From Bdellovibrionota bacterium (lineage in GTDB: Bacteria; Bdellovibrionota_C; UBA2361; JBGSMV01): 64,000 nucleotides of DNA. The stretch is taken from positions 32,001 to 96,000 of the forward strand of contig JBGSMV010000059.1 of the NCBI GenBank assembly GCA_041739995.1, in the 5' to 3' direction. Each line of letters starts with the position of its first letter. Position 1 is the stretch's first letter. The translations under genes were made by a program, and so were the position numbers. Of this stretch, positions 30,441-40,539 are shown piece by piece. The notes under the pieces were generated by a model. That model saw only the letters and a program-made list of their open reading frames with translations. It searched no databases and was not told the DNA's origin.

Positions 30441-32069
30441 GTGGCAGCATCCTCAAGGAAAGATTCATCGAAAGGCAGCGGGTCTCCAGCTTCGAATAAT
30501 TCGGCTTCAAATAGTTCGGAAGGGGCCAGCGCTGAGTTGGCGAGAAGGATGGAGCTTGCTACCCGCGGGGGTGGCGAAGAGAGAATTCGAAAGCAGCACG
30601 AACAAGGCAAGCTCACTGCCCGAGAACGCGTAAATGCCTTGCTTGATGCGGGGTCGTTCCGAGAAATCGATGCTCTGGTGACCCACCAAAGCTCAAATTT
30701 TGGGTTAGCTGATAAGAAATTTTACGGCGATGGGGTGATTACCGGTAGCGGGCTGGTTAATGGACGGCAGGTATTCGTCTTTGCGCAGGACTTCACCGTA
30801 TTCGGAGGAGCACTCTCTGCCGCCCATGCCAGAAAAATCTGTAAGGTAATGGATCTCGCCGAGCGCACCGGCGCGCCCATTGTTGGCTTAAATGATTCCG
30901 GAGGAGCGAGAATACAGGAAGGAGTGGAAAGTCTGGCCGGCTACGCCGACATATTTCTCAGAAACACTCTGATGTCTGGGGTGATCCCGCAGATATCTCT
31001 GATTCTAGGCCCTTGCGCAGGAGGCGCGGTGTATTCTCCCGCAATCACCGACTTTACCTTCATGGTCAGCGGCATTGGACATATGTTTATCACTGGCCCC
31101 GACGTGATTAAGGCAGTTACCAAAGAAGACGTCGACAAGGAGACCCTCGGTGGAGCAAGAACCCACAATGAGCAAAGTGGTGTCGCTCATTTTCTTTCAA
31201 GCTCCGAGCAGTCATGCTTCGAGGCCTGTCGTGCACTGCTTGGATTTCTTCCTCAAAACAATGTGGAGCTAGCGCCCAGGGTTTTCACTGGCGACCTTCG
31301 TAACCGAGGCGATGCACAGCTCGAAGAGCTCATTCCGGAACAGTCTAACAAGCCATATGACATGCGACGACTGATTAGCAGTGTAGCGGATGGTGGCGAC
31401 TTTCTGGAAGTACAAGAGCATTTTGCTAAGAACATGCTGTGTGGATTCATCCGCCTCGACGGGCATTCCATAGGCGTCGTTGCTAATCAGCCAGCGGTCT
31501 TAGCGGGCTGTCTGGACATAGATGCGAGCGTTAAAGCAGCTCGCTTTGTGCGTTGTTGTGATGCGTTCAATGTTCCTCTGTTGACTCTAGTGGACGTGCC
31601 AGGGTTCTTGCCAGGAGTTCATCAAGAGCACGGTGGCATTATCCGCCACGGTGCGAAGTTACTGTACGCCTTTGCTGAAGCGACAGTGCCCAAGGTAACG
31701 CTGATTACACGCAAGGCCTACGGCGGTGCATATGACGTTATGGCATCTAAGCACATCCGAGCTGATATGAACTTTGCTTACCCCTCAGCTGAGATTGCAG
31801 TGATGGGCGCAGAAGGCGCAGTGAACGTTATCTTTCGAGGAGAACTTAAGCAGGCTGCTGGTCGCGGCGAGGAAGCTGAAGCCCGTACAAGACTAGTGGC
31901 CGACTATAAGCAGCGCTTTGCAAATCCTTGGCAAGTTGCTGAGCTTGGGTTCATCGACGCAGTCATTCGTCCCAGTGACACGAGGCCCGTGCTGATCGAT
32001 GCCTTTGAGATGCTCAAAGGTAAACGCCAACAAAATCCCAGGAAAAAGCATGGCAACATCCCGCTCTAA
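30441..32069 (+). CDS. pccB: Acyl-CoA carboxylase carboxyltransferase subunit (PccB/MmdA-like)
   Basis: [30 protein letters not shown] and KKHGNIPL motifs. Confidence 0.93.
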   Translation: MAASSRKDSSKGSGSPASNNSASNSSEGASAELARRMELATRGGGEERIRKQHEQGKLTARERVNALLDAGSFREIDALVTHQSSNFGLADKKFYGDGVITGSGLVNGRQVFVFAQDFTVFGGALSAAHARKICKVMDLAERTGAPIVGLNDSGGARIQEGVESLAGYADIFLRNTLMSGVIPQISLILGPCAGGAVYSPAITDFTFMVSGIGHMFITGPDVIKAVTKEDVDKETLGGARTHNEQSGVAHFLSSSEQSCFEACRALLGFLPQNNVELAPRVFTGDLRNRGDAQLEELIPEQSNKPYDMRRLISSVADGGDFLEVQEHFAKNMLCGFIRLDGHSIGVVANQPAVLAGCLDIDASVKAARFVRCCDAFNVPLLTLVDVPGFLPGVHQEHGGIIRHGAKLLYAFAEATVPKVTLITRKAYGGAYDVMASKHIRADMNFAYPSAEIAVMGAEGAVNVIFRGELKQAAGRGEEAEARTRLVADYKQRFANPWQVAELGFIDAVIRPSDTRPVLIDAFEMLKGKRQQNPRKKHGNIPL

Positions 32070-32487
32070 GAGCAGCAAATCGAAGGTGAAGCCAGCGTCG
32101 GGGACTTCTAAGCGAGGCCTTAAAAAGAAATCGGCACTTCGATCGCGAAAGGCTAAGGGGGTTGGCAATTCTCCCCGTTCTGGTTCTGTGCGTGGCACTG
32201 GTAGTTCAATGCGCGCTGATGCGACTCACCCGTCAGCTTTTGTTACTCCACAGGCCATGAGTGACTTCGGGGTCCTGCTTGGCGATGACGCCATTCCTTT
32301 TGTTCCTTTTGTGCTCGGGCTTCAAAGCAGCAGCTCGGAGCAGCAGCGACTTCCTCAAGAGATTGTCGCCGCGATAGCTCTCTCTTTGTATTCGACTTTG
32401 GGACTTGAAGAGTATGGCGACGGAGCGGCTTCTGAAGGTGACTGGGCGCTCGATGCCAGACGCTCTGCTCTTTCGACAAGGTTCTAG
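32050..32487 (+). CDS. Putative carboxylase accessory subunit (epsilon/delta-like) with basic N-terminal extension
   Basis: Overlaps the pccB end. C-terminal [10 protein letters not shown]...WALDARR pattern resembles AccE/MmdD-type subunits. Confidence 0.5.
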   Translation: MATSRSKSSKSKVKPASGTSKRGLKKKSALRSRKAKGVGNSPRSGSVRGTGSSMRADATHPSAFVTPQAMSDFGVLLGDDAIPFVPFVLGLQSSSSEQQRLPQEIVAAIALSLYSTLGLEEYGDGAASEGDWALDARRSALSTRF

Positions 32488-32524
32488 CAGGGTTGTGAAA
32501 GACTCTTTTCACAACCCTGCTAGA
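32483..32524. repeat. Perfect 18-bp inverted repeat bounded by CTAG
   Basis: TCTAGCAGGGTTGTGAAA-GACTCT-TTTCACAACCCTGCTAGA, with no following U tract. Confidence 0.9.
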
Positions 32525-32695
32525 GCTTGAGGGAATTGTATGCTTCCCTCCCCTTAGGCGGTTATGGTCGTAGATTCTAGGAGATCGCCTTCTGTTGCAG
32601 GAGGGGATAACATGGCGCTGCTGAAACTTTGGTATTTGGCTGCATAGCGGCTTAGCAAATTAAGGACGAAAATGGCGCGCAGAGGTGGAACGGGA

Positions 32696-33187
32696 ATGCA
32701 GTATCGGGTGTGTGTGGGTGACACCGGATACGATGTGCGCATTTCTTCAGTGTCTAGAGAAACTCTCGAGCTTGAGATCGATGGACAGACTTATAGCGTT
32801 CAGGTCTCAGCTGCACTTTCTTCCCACACGGGTTTCAGCGATACCGCTGTGGCGCTTGGGTCTTGCGGTGGCGTAGCTACCATTACCGCTCAGCCCAATT
32901 CTCCAGCTAAATCAGTGCCTGCGTCCAATGGTAGCCACCCGAGAGCCTCCAACAACGTTTCTTCGACGAGCGGCTCCCCCTCAGTCATTGCTCCTATGCC
33001 TGGAGTAGTAGTGGCGATTTCCGTGGCGGTTGGGCAGACCGTGCAACAGGGCTCGGTAGTAGCGGTTATCGAGGCTATGAAGATGGAGAATAGTATCTGT
33101 GCCTCCTGCACTGGAGTCATCTCTGAAGTCCATGTTGAAGTTGGCCGTGAGGTAGAAAGAGGTCAGGCTATTTTGTCGCTCGCCTAG
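32696..33187 (+). CDS. Biotin carboxyl carrier protein
   Basis: APMPG and EAMKMEN biotinylation motif. Confidence 0.92.
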   Translation: MQYRVCVGDTGYDVRISSVSRETLELEIDGQTYSVQVSAALSSHTGFSDTAVALGSCGGVATITAQPNSPAKSVPASNGSHPRASNNVSSTSGSPSVIAPMPGVVVAISVAVGQTVQQGSVVAVIEAMKMENSICASCTGVISEVHVEVGREVERGQAILSLA

Positions 33188-33207
33188 TTAAGCTTGTCGC
33201 TTGCCGA

Positions 33208-35382
33208 ATGATGAATTCCCGATCGAATTTCACACAAAATAACTTCATCACCACTTCCCTATTATTGATTGGAGCGCTCGCTTCTGCTGCTCTGCTTTTT
33301 AGCCTCGCGGCCAGCGGTGCTATCTCGACCTATGCGGGGCTACTGCTAGGTTCCGTTGCCTTCGTTGCGGTGCGTTTTGACCGAGCTTCGGTGCTCTTCT
33401 TTCTTCTACTGCTTCCCTTGTTTGGTAATCGCCCCGGCTCTGATCAGGCCGCGGTGCTTTTAATGATTGCTGCGATCTGGCAGCTCGTCACGCTGCCGCG
33501 CATTCTCACACGACTTGCTCGCAACCATTATACCCCAACCCTCTGGAGGCTATGCACTTTCTACGTGCTTGTGTCGGCGGCGAGCCTGCTTGCAATACCT
33601 CTGCAGGACTGGTGGCACGAGGCGCTTTCTCAAACCCCGGCGTTTCGGGATACGTCGGCTTGGACTTCATACGTAGTAAGTGCCTTTAGGGTCACCGAAG
33701 AGAAGCTTTTGTATGGCTTGCTGTCGGTATACTGGACCATCGCGGCTTGGCAGCTAGGGCTCTACATATTTCTCGCTCAACGTAGCACGCGACTAAGCTC
33801 ATCTCATGCATGGAGTAGCATTCAAGCTTCGCTCGTGGTGGCGCTCATCGCGGGACTCCTGGACTACTACCAAGTGATTGACCTACGAGCGCTGCGCGCC
33901 TTAGACGCAGTGGTTAACCCAGAGGACACCCAGTTTCGGTTACAGTCCTGGTTCGGGCACTCGGGCTGGTTTGCGGAGTTCATCACCCTCGCCGCCCCTT
34001 CCGCGTTGGTGTGGCTGACTCTACGCGCTTCAATGTGGGTGCGACTTGCCGCGATGTTGATTGTTCTCGTGGTAGGGGAGCTGGTTTTAATTCTCACTTT
34101 TCAACGTGGGGGCTGGCTCGCGTATCCCATTACCCTGATCTTTGTGTGGGCTGCCGTGTATGCATCTCATCGTGTGTCTAAGGGCGACATCACCTTCCTT
34201 GGCGCTCTTCGCACTTCAATTGGGAAAATTGCGGTCACCTTGCCCTTAACGCTCATTGTTAGTGCAGGAGCAATCTGGCTTTTAACGCAGCTAAATCAAA
34301 GTGGCGCCGCTAAGCAGGCTTCGCTCGATAAGTACCTTTCGCGAGCGGGTGACATTACTCGCACCAGTGATCGTACCGACTTCATGCGAGCTGGATTTAT
34401 GCTGGGCATGCAGTCTCCCATTCTTGGGGGCGGAAGCGAGCTGTTTGCCTATCAGTACCGGCGCGAGTTTCGGAATAGTTCTGGCGCCTTTCACGGCAAG
34501 ATAGATCTTCCTTTGCATGGCTCGGCCCACAATGTGTATGCGCAAACGTTTGCAGGAAAGGGATTCGCGGGGCTCTTCGCGTTATTGGCCGTGCTCTTGA
34601 GCCTGACAGTGGCATCTACTCGTGCGGCATTGAGTACTACTGATAGAGAGACGTCAGAGCGGGCCTGCTTGCTTGCGGGAGCTGCCAGCGGAGTCGCGTT
34701 TTTGATTTATGGGAATGTGCAGGAGTTGTTTTACATACAACCATTACAGTTTCTATTCTTCGCCATCATTGGAACTACCTCAGCGCTATTACCGGTCGCC
34801 AAACCTGGGAGATTGGTAGATCGGCTTATCGCAAAACCGGCCCCTTTGTTGGTGTTGCTGTGCATGCTCCAATTAACCTGGAACTACGCCTGGCCCGGAT
34901 ATGTGAAGGACCGTGCACAAGCTTGGGAGCAGTTCGGCTGCTTTGCCTCTGAGCAAGACGGAAGTGAGTCTTTTCGTTGGTGTGGCCCTCGCGCACAGAT
35001 TCTGGTCGGTCCTGAGGTCAGCGAGCTGCTCATTGAAGCAGCACCCTTTGTGGGCGACCGGCGAGAGCGAGTCCTTCAGATTAGCCAGAAGGGAAAAGTC
35101 TTAGCTTCAGAGGTCCTGAGGCCAGGTGCGAGGAGATCGATCTCGCTGACCCGTACGTCATCTGAGAACTCATTGCTTCGCCTGAACCTTGGAGGCTGTT
35201 ATATTCCTGCGAGAGATTCTCCGGTCACCAAAGTGCCGACGCAACGAATCCCTAAGAACGAATCAGCTCTGGAACGTACACTTCGCATGGAACCCTCCTC
35301 GCTTTTGGCCAAAATCAGTCCTTCGTCTGGCGACCGTCGCTGCTTGGCATTTCGAATTTGGAACTCTTCTGGCCTGAAATAG
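33208..35382 (+). CDS. O-antigen ligase (Wzy_C) family membrane protein
   Basis: Multiple TM helices, RLQSWFGHSG, TFQRGGWL and SAHNVYAQ motifs, soluble C-terminal domain. Confidence 0.8.
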   Translation: MMNSRSNFTQNNFITTSLLLIGALASAALLFSLAASGAISTYAGLLLGSVAFVAVRFDRASVLFFLLLLPLFGNRPGSDQAAVLLMIAAIWQLVTLPRILTRLARNHYTPTLWRLCTFYVLVSAASLLAIPLQDWWHEALSQTPAFRDTSAWTSYVVSAFRVTEEKLLYGLLSVYWTIAAWQLGLYIFLAQRSTRLSSSHAWSSIQASLVVALIAGLLDYYQVIDLRALRALDAVVNPEDTQFRLQSWFGHSGWFAEFITLAAPSALVWLTLRASMWVRLAAMLIVLVVGELVLILTFQRGGWLAYPITLIFVWAAVYASHRVSKGDITFLGALRTSIGKIAVTLPLTLIVSAGAIWLLTQLNQSGAAKQASLDKYLSRAGDITRTSDRTDFMRAGFMLGMQSPILGGGSELFAYQYRREFRNSSGAFHGKIDLPLHGSAHNVYAQTFAGKGFAGLFALLAVLLSLTVASTRAALSTTDRETSERACLLAGAASGVAFLIYGNVQELFYIQPLQFLFFAIIGTTSALLPVAKPGRLVDRLIAKPAPLLVLLCMLQLTWNYAWPGYVKDRAQAWEQFGCFASEQDGSESFRWCGPRAQILVGPEVSELLIEAAPFVGDRRERVLQISQKGKVLASEVLRPGARRSISLTRTSSENSLLRLNLGGCYIPARDSPVTKVPTQRIPKNESALERTLRMEPSSLLAKISPSSGDRRCLAFRIWNSSGLK

Positions 35383-35400
35383 AATGCGGCGGCCATGCGC

Positions 35401-35748
35401 TTAAGCTGAGAAGAAGCTCTTGTATGCAGTTAGAAACTGATCAGTCGCTCTAGACATGCTGGCGAACGCCAGTTTTGAAGCTGCAAGGTCGTTTTCCTTT
35501 GCAGAAATCTCAAGATCGCGTGCGCTCTGATATGCTAACATCGCACCGAGATTGCCAAGCGCACTCTTTATTGCATGGGCTTGGCTCGCCGCTGCACTGA
35601 GGTTTCTGCTCTCAAGTGATTGAGCGAGTTCTGCCATGGCGCGAGCATTATCTGCGGCGAACATTTCGCAGAGTTCCTGCAAAAGCTCTCGGTCCTGATC
35701 AACCCGCTCCATCGCTGCGGCGCTATCGAAAACAAAGTTCTCGCTCAT
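35401..35748 (-). CDS. Stand-alone Hpt (histidine phosphotransfer) protein
   Basis: AHAIKSALGNLGA, 115 aa. Confidence 0.88.
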   Translation of the reverse strand: MSENFVFDSAAAMERVDQDRELLQELCEMFAADNARAMAELAQSLESRNLSAAASQAHAIKSALGNLGAMLAYQSARDLEISAKENDLAASKLAFASMSRATDQFLTAYKSFFSA

Positions 35749-35770
35749 CTAGGCCCCTTAATCTGGTAAA

Positions 35771-36928
35771 TTAATCTCGCAACAGCTCGCGCGCGATAAC
35801 AAGGCGCTGCACTTGGCTGGTGCCCTCATAGATTTGCATTAATTTAGCGTCGCGCATCAGTTTTTCAACTGGGTAGTCTTTGGTGTACCCGTATCCACCA
35901 AATATCTGCACGGCGTCCGTGGTAACTTTCATCGCCATGTCAGCAGAAAAGCGTTTCGCCATGCTGGACTCTAATGAAGCATGCAGCCCCGCGTCCAATA
36001 GCGACGAAGAACGTAAGGTCATCAGTCTTGCGGCCTCAATATCGGTGAGCATGTCTGCGAGCATGAACTGAATGGCTTGAAAATTGGCGATCGGCTGCCC
36101 GAACTGGGAACGCTCCTTGGCGTATGCTCGAGCATGAGCATACGCAGCACGTGCTATTCCCACGGCAATAATGGCCGTAAGGGGGCGACTAAGGTCCAAG
36201 GTCTTCATAGCGATGTTAAAGCCACCGCCTTCTGCCCCAATGCGATTATCGGCAGGGATTTCCACATTGTCGAAGGTGATTCGCACTGTGTTCGAGCAGC
36301 GTTGCCCCATTTTGTTTTCATGGTTTCCACGAGAAATTCCAGGGGCGTCGCCGGGTACTACGAAGCACGTAATGCCCTTGTGGCGCTGCTTTGAGTCTAT
36401 GGTGGCAAAGACCGTGAACTGCGCAGCGTCGCCTCCATTAGTAATCCACTGCTTTGTTCCGTTGATAATATATTTGTCACCTTTTTTGGTGGCTGAGGTA
36501 GTAATTCCGCCGGCGTCGCTCCCGGCTCCCGGTTCACTCAAACAGAAAGACGCTAGCTTGGGGGAAGCAGTAATGCTTGGGATAAATCTTTTCTTCTGCT
36601 CCTCTGAGCCACCGACCAGAATAGGCGTAAGGGCTAAATCGTTGGCGACAAAAGACGTGGTGATTCCCGCGCAGCCTGCCGCAAGTTCTTCGATGACTAA
36701 GCAAGCATCATGATTGGAAAGTCCTGTGCCACCGAGTTCGGACGGTTGCAGAAGATTACAAAGCCCCAGTGAGTGCGCCTTTTCAAGAACGGCATGCGGG
36801 AAGTGCGCTGCCTCGTCCCATGCTCCTGAGTGTGGTGTAATCTCATCACGAGCGAAGCCCGCAGCAACGTCGCGTAGCGCCAATTGTTCTTCGGATAGTT
36901 GGAAATTTGAATTAGCGCTCGATGCCAT
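35771..36928 (-). CDS. Acyl-CoA dehydrogenase
   Basis: [28 protein letters not shown] and [10 protein letters not shown] motifs. Confidence 0.96.
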   Translation of the reverse strand: MASSANSNFQLSEEQLALRDVAAGFARDEITPHSGAWDEAAHFPHAVLEKAHSLGLCNLLQPSELGGTGLSNHDACLVIEELAAGCAGITTSFVANDLALTPILVGGSEEQKKRFIPSITASPKLASFCLSEPGAGSDAGGITTSATKKGDKYIINGTKQWITNGGDAAQFTVFATIDSKQRHKGITCFVVPGDAPGISRGNHENKMGQRCSNTVRITFDNVEIPADNRIGAEGGGFNIAMKTLDLSRPLTAIIAVGIARAAYAHARAYAKERSQFGQPIANFQAIQFMLADMLTDIEAARLMTLRSSSLLDAGLHASLESSMAKRFSADMAMKVTTDAVQIFGGYGYTKDYPVEKLMRDAKLMQIYEGTSQVQRLVIARELLRD

Positions 36929-37183
36929 GGTGTACCCCTACTCCCAGAGTTTACTCCCATGGGGATATCGTCACCATCAGCAGAATCCTACACTCAAAAG
37001 AGAAGCAGCTTCGAATGCACCCATGGCGGCTAGGTGCACGCATTCGAGCGTCACTGGTCCTGCTGTATTGGATGTGAAGCTGCAACTACGTTCTGGAATT
37101 GAAAACACGCAAGCCTCGAACGGCTCGCAGTTCAAAAGTTACCGCTATTACTTTACTCAATTCTATGAACCAAGACGCGAGAA

Positions 37184-38092
37184 CTAGCCAATCTTGCTTC
37201 TGTACGAACTCTCTGACGTGGACGTAGAACCCACGCCAGGCATCGTGGAACCATCAAGGCCCGCAGTAGCAGGCGGCTTCGCACCGTCGCGAACTACTTC
37301 GCGTTCGACGGAGTTCGAGAGCCCAGCAGTTGCGCTCGCAATGGCACCCGCTTTCAGAGATCCGAGTGCGGTAGAAATTTGAGAAGCAGCTTCCTCTAGC
37401 GCAGGCATAATTGCTTCAACCTTAGCGCGGTACTGAGGCACTAGGACTTCGACAGCACCCACGACTTCGTTGCCGTAGCCCTTAACGATCTTGGAAAGAG
37501 AAAGCACGTCGGCTTCAATTCCACCGCGATCAATAATTGAGCCACTATTTCGAAGTTCGTTAAGCTGACTTCGAATCGCAGCATCGTGCGCTGTGTTGCC
37601 GGCAAGCACTTCACCAACCACTGCATCGGGGAATTGAGCAAGAAGTAAGCGACCTGCTGCGTTTTGCTTAGCGGGAAATGATACCGCTGCGCGTGGTGCC
37701 ACCTTCACTGACCGACGTGACTCAAAAGTCACTGGGTACTGCACGAGCCCGCTTTGAAGAACGGCAAGACTTACTGTCTCCCCGAGCTGCTCCGCGAGAC
37801 CTTTAAGAATAGGCGCTGAACGAGATACCAGCTTGCTTTGGAGAATGTAGGACTGTCCGAGCTGGAGAGCTTTGACGCCAAGGCGATAGTCTTCGCTGTC
37901 CTTGTTCTGCTCAACATAACCGCGCAACTCCAGAGTAGCGAGCAATCTGAACACGTTGTTCTTGTGGAGCTTAAGGCGCTTTGAAAGCTCAGTAACCCCA
38001 ACCTCTCCGGCGGCCTTGGAGAGTTCTTCAAGAACATCCAAAGCATGAGAGACCGACTGAATCATGTAGTTGGCCTTCTCGCGCTTAACCAT
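37184..38092 (-). CDS. IclR-family transcriptional regulator
   Basis: IQSVSHALDVLE...GVTELSKRLKLHKNNVFRLLATL HTH, followed by an effector domain. Confidence 0.92.
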   Translation of the reverse strand: MVKREKANYMIQSVSHALDVLEELSKAAGEVGVTELSKRLKLHKNNVFRLLATLELRGYVEQNKDSEDYRLGVKALQLGQSYILQSKLVSRSAPILKGLAEQLGETVSLAVLQSGLVQYPVTFESRRSVKVAPRAAVSFPAKQNAAGRLLLAQFPDAVVGEVLAGNTAHDAAIRSQLNELRNSGSIIDRGGIEADVLSLSKIVKGYGNEVVGAVEVLVPQYRAKVEAIMPALEEAASQISTALGSLKAGAIASATAGLSNSVEREVVRDGAKPPATAGLDGSTMPGVGSTSTSESSYRSKIG

Positions 38093-38366
38093 ACTTACTC
38101 CTTTTTGACGTCCTCGGCGGTCTCATTTATTTAGCGATTCCAGTACTTTGGGCTAAGACCGTGTATAGCTGGGTTCATAACAGGCAGATAGTGAAAAAGC
38201 AACCCGTATTTTATTCCCAAATTCAATATTCTCGAGAGGTTGCCACCTAACGATCTAAGCTCTCGATCTTCCGCCCGATGCCGAAGTTGTAAACTAGACC
38301 TACTTCCAAGCGTCGCAACTGGGCCATTGCCTTATCTAACTTGGAGCCAACTACTAGGACCAACAA

Positions 38367-39407
38367 TTAGGAATAAAGACCCACTGGCAAGTCCGTAGCG
38401 CTCCCCGTCACCTCTTGAGCAAGCGTAGCGCCTATACGACCCACGCTGCGCGTTACCTCCTCGGTGAAGATAGTAACTACACGACGCAGCGAAGGGTGAT
38501 TAACGGCAACCATGCGAGCCGCGCATGCGGCGAGAGCAGCACACGGCGAGATTGAAATGTGTGGGTACTTTTCGAAGAGCTCTCTCTGGGTGGCGATAGA
38601 GACATCATCGGGAATATCTATGGGCTCCTCGGTCACCAATGAACGATCGAATACCGGTGGCTCAAAAGTGCTTCCAACCCCTTCGACTTTCCAAGGATGA
38701 GGGGTCTTTCCTGGACGCGCGAACACTGAACCTTCTGGCTGCGCGAGAAAGGTTCTAATCGTTGGGTTTCTTGCCTTCAGCGCACGGGTAACGCCGCAAA
38801 AAGTTGCACCAGAACCTGCAACAATGACCGCAGCATCAATCTTTCCGCCCATGTCCTCCCACATCTCTGGGCCGGTCTCCATCTCGTGGGTCAAAACGTT
38901 TAGCGGGGAAGAAAACTGCTGAGTGTATATAGTGTTTGGGAATGTCTCGGCCATCACTCGTGCCGCTTCGATAGAGCCACGCATTACCTCAGATTTCGGG
39001 GTCAGCACCACGCTGACTCCAAAGTGGCGCATCAAGTTACGCTTCCCGACAGATCGATCTTCAGGGATACACATGATTACTCGGTAGCCGCGTTCGGCGG
39101 CGAGCACGCCCATAGCGAGTCCAAAATTACCGGAGGTGGCGTCAACGATCGTGGAAACGCCTCGTACCAGTAGTCCGCGCCGCTCTGCATCATTCAAGAG
39201 CGAGCGAGCCACCCTGTCCTTAACGCTGCCAGTAGGATTGAAAAACTCAAGCTTCGCATAAACTGAAGGATGAAACTTCTCCAAATGAACCATCGGTGTT
39301 GACCCGACTCGCGAGCTAAACACCAGATTCGCACGCTCAGGAGTTACTGAAATTTTACTTGGGGCAAATTGCTCTGAATCAATATTGCCCATCTCTCCCA
39401 CCCACAT
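38367..39407 (-). CDS. PLP-dependent cysteine synthase / cystathionine beta-synthase family protein
   Basis: KLEFFNPTGSVKDR, ATSGNFG, HEMETGPE and EGVG motifs. Confidence 0.88.
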   Translation of the reverse strand: MWVGEMGNIDSEQFAPSKISVTPERANLVFSSRVGSTPMVHLEKFHPSVYAKLEFFNPTGSVKDRVARSLLNDAERRGLLVRGVSTIVDATSGNFGLAMGVLAAERGYRVIMCIPEDRSVGKRNLMRHFGVSVVLTPKSEVMRGSIEAARVMAETFPNTIYTQQFSSPLNVLTHEMETGPEMWEDMGGKIDAAVIVAGSGATFCGVTRALKARNPTIRTFLAQPEGSVFARPGKTPHPWKVEGVGSTFEPPVFDRSLVTEEPIDIPDDVSIATQRELFEKYPHISISPCAALAACAARMVAVNHPSLRRVVTIFTEEVTRSVGRIGATLAQEVTGSATDLPVGLYS

Positions 39408-39466
39408 TTTTATTTACCTCTTCAATGCTAATGATGTCTCGCATGGTGCGCCTCTCGCTTGAGTCT

Positions 39467-40069
39467 CTACTCAAACGTGAGCTCTTCCGCTTCATTGGTC
39501 TCTAGGCTCTGAATCTCTGAGCGCTCACCTTGAAAAGTCACGATGTGTAAAATTCCAGACTGGCCCTTTTCGCCTCCTTGGTTGAAAGGAACAATGCGAT
39601 ACACATAGCGTTCACCGGGAGAAACGGTGCTGTCCAGATAGGTGAATTTCATAAGGGAGGAATTTGGCTCTACTCGCCTTGTCGGCTTACCTTCGGCTCG
39701 AGCGATATCTCGCCGATTGTTGAGCTCAACAAGGTACTGATCTTCGAGGGTTGCAATCTGATCATACTCGACATCGGAGTCAAGCAAATCAGATTCGCGC
39801 GTCAGATGTTTACGCTCAATTAAATAGCCTTCGATGGTCTTGAGCTCGTCGCCTCTTTGATCGACTCGAGGAGATTCCCAGGCGAACTGCACTCCACTGA
39901 CTGAGCCCACCACGGAAGTCTCGCGAACTCGAGCCGGGGCAAAGCTTTCGGGCGGCAGAGGTGGCGCATACTTTCCGCATCCCGACAGCGACATGGCAGC
40001 AATGCCCACTAATAAAAGCGTGATCGAACGAAGTTTAACTGTACTTTGAAAGGTGAAGATTCTCGACAT
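39467..40069 (-). CDS. Lipoprotein with fibronectin type III-like domain
   Basis: Lipobox LSGC followed by GKYAPPLPP; FAWESP, YLDSTVSPGERYVYRIVPFN. Confidence 0.8.
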   Translation of the reverse strand: MSRIFTFQSTVKLRSITLLLVGIAAMSLSGCGKYAPPLPPESFAPARVRETSVVGSVSGVQFAWESPRVDQRGDELKTIEGYLIERKHLTRESDLLDSDVEYDQIATLEDQYLVELNNRRDIARAEGKPTRRVEPNSSLMKFTYLDSTVSPGERYVYRIVPFNQGGEKGQSGILHIVTFQGERSEIQSLETNEAEELTFE

Positions 40070-40277
40070 AACCGGTTCCTAAGACAATAAATCGAAGCAA
40101 CGTCTCGCGCGGCACAGGTCCACAAAGATTGAAGCCTGCACAACCGTACCTCGAGGAATAGTACATAGCGAGGGAGATATAAATGCTTCTATCCTGCGAC
40201 CATCTGCTAGTTAGCCCGATCGCTTTGGGATTGCTATACTGGGCGTCAGGAGTGTCTCCGTTCACGGGGTCAAATTT

Positions 40278-40470
40278 ACTGGTGGTGTTAGGTAGTTATT
40301 GGGCTAAAATTTACTTGAGTGGTGGCGATTCTGCGGTCGTACCATGCCTGATCGGGAACGGCGGCATTTTGTGAACGGATAGTAATTTCACCCCGGATTT
40401 GCTGACGCGAATCCACCCCTGAGGGGTTGGATTTTCACCCTCGATTTGCTCTGCAAATCGACCCCTTAGG
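40278..40470. repeat. ~190-bp structured dispersed repeat, copy 2 (inverted relative to copy 1)
   Basis: Reverse complement matches 15096-15284, including an identical 44-bp block CGTCAGCAAATCCGGGGTGAAATTACTATCCGTTCACAAAATGC. Confidence 0.93.
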
Positions 40471-40539
40471 CGTAACGCGGACGGTTTACGCCTGGAGTAG
40501 ACAGTTCGGCTGGGAGCCAGAAAAGAGGCGATACCTATT

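Noticed and set aside
15284..40278. 25-kb invertible segment or composite transposon bounded by the inverted 190-bp repeats
   Set aside because: No recombinase or transposase, the content is core housekeeping, and the minus-strand gene bias is the same inside and outside.
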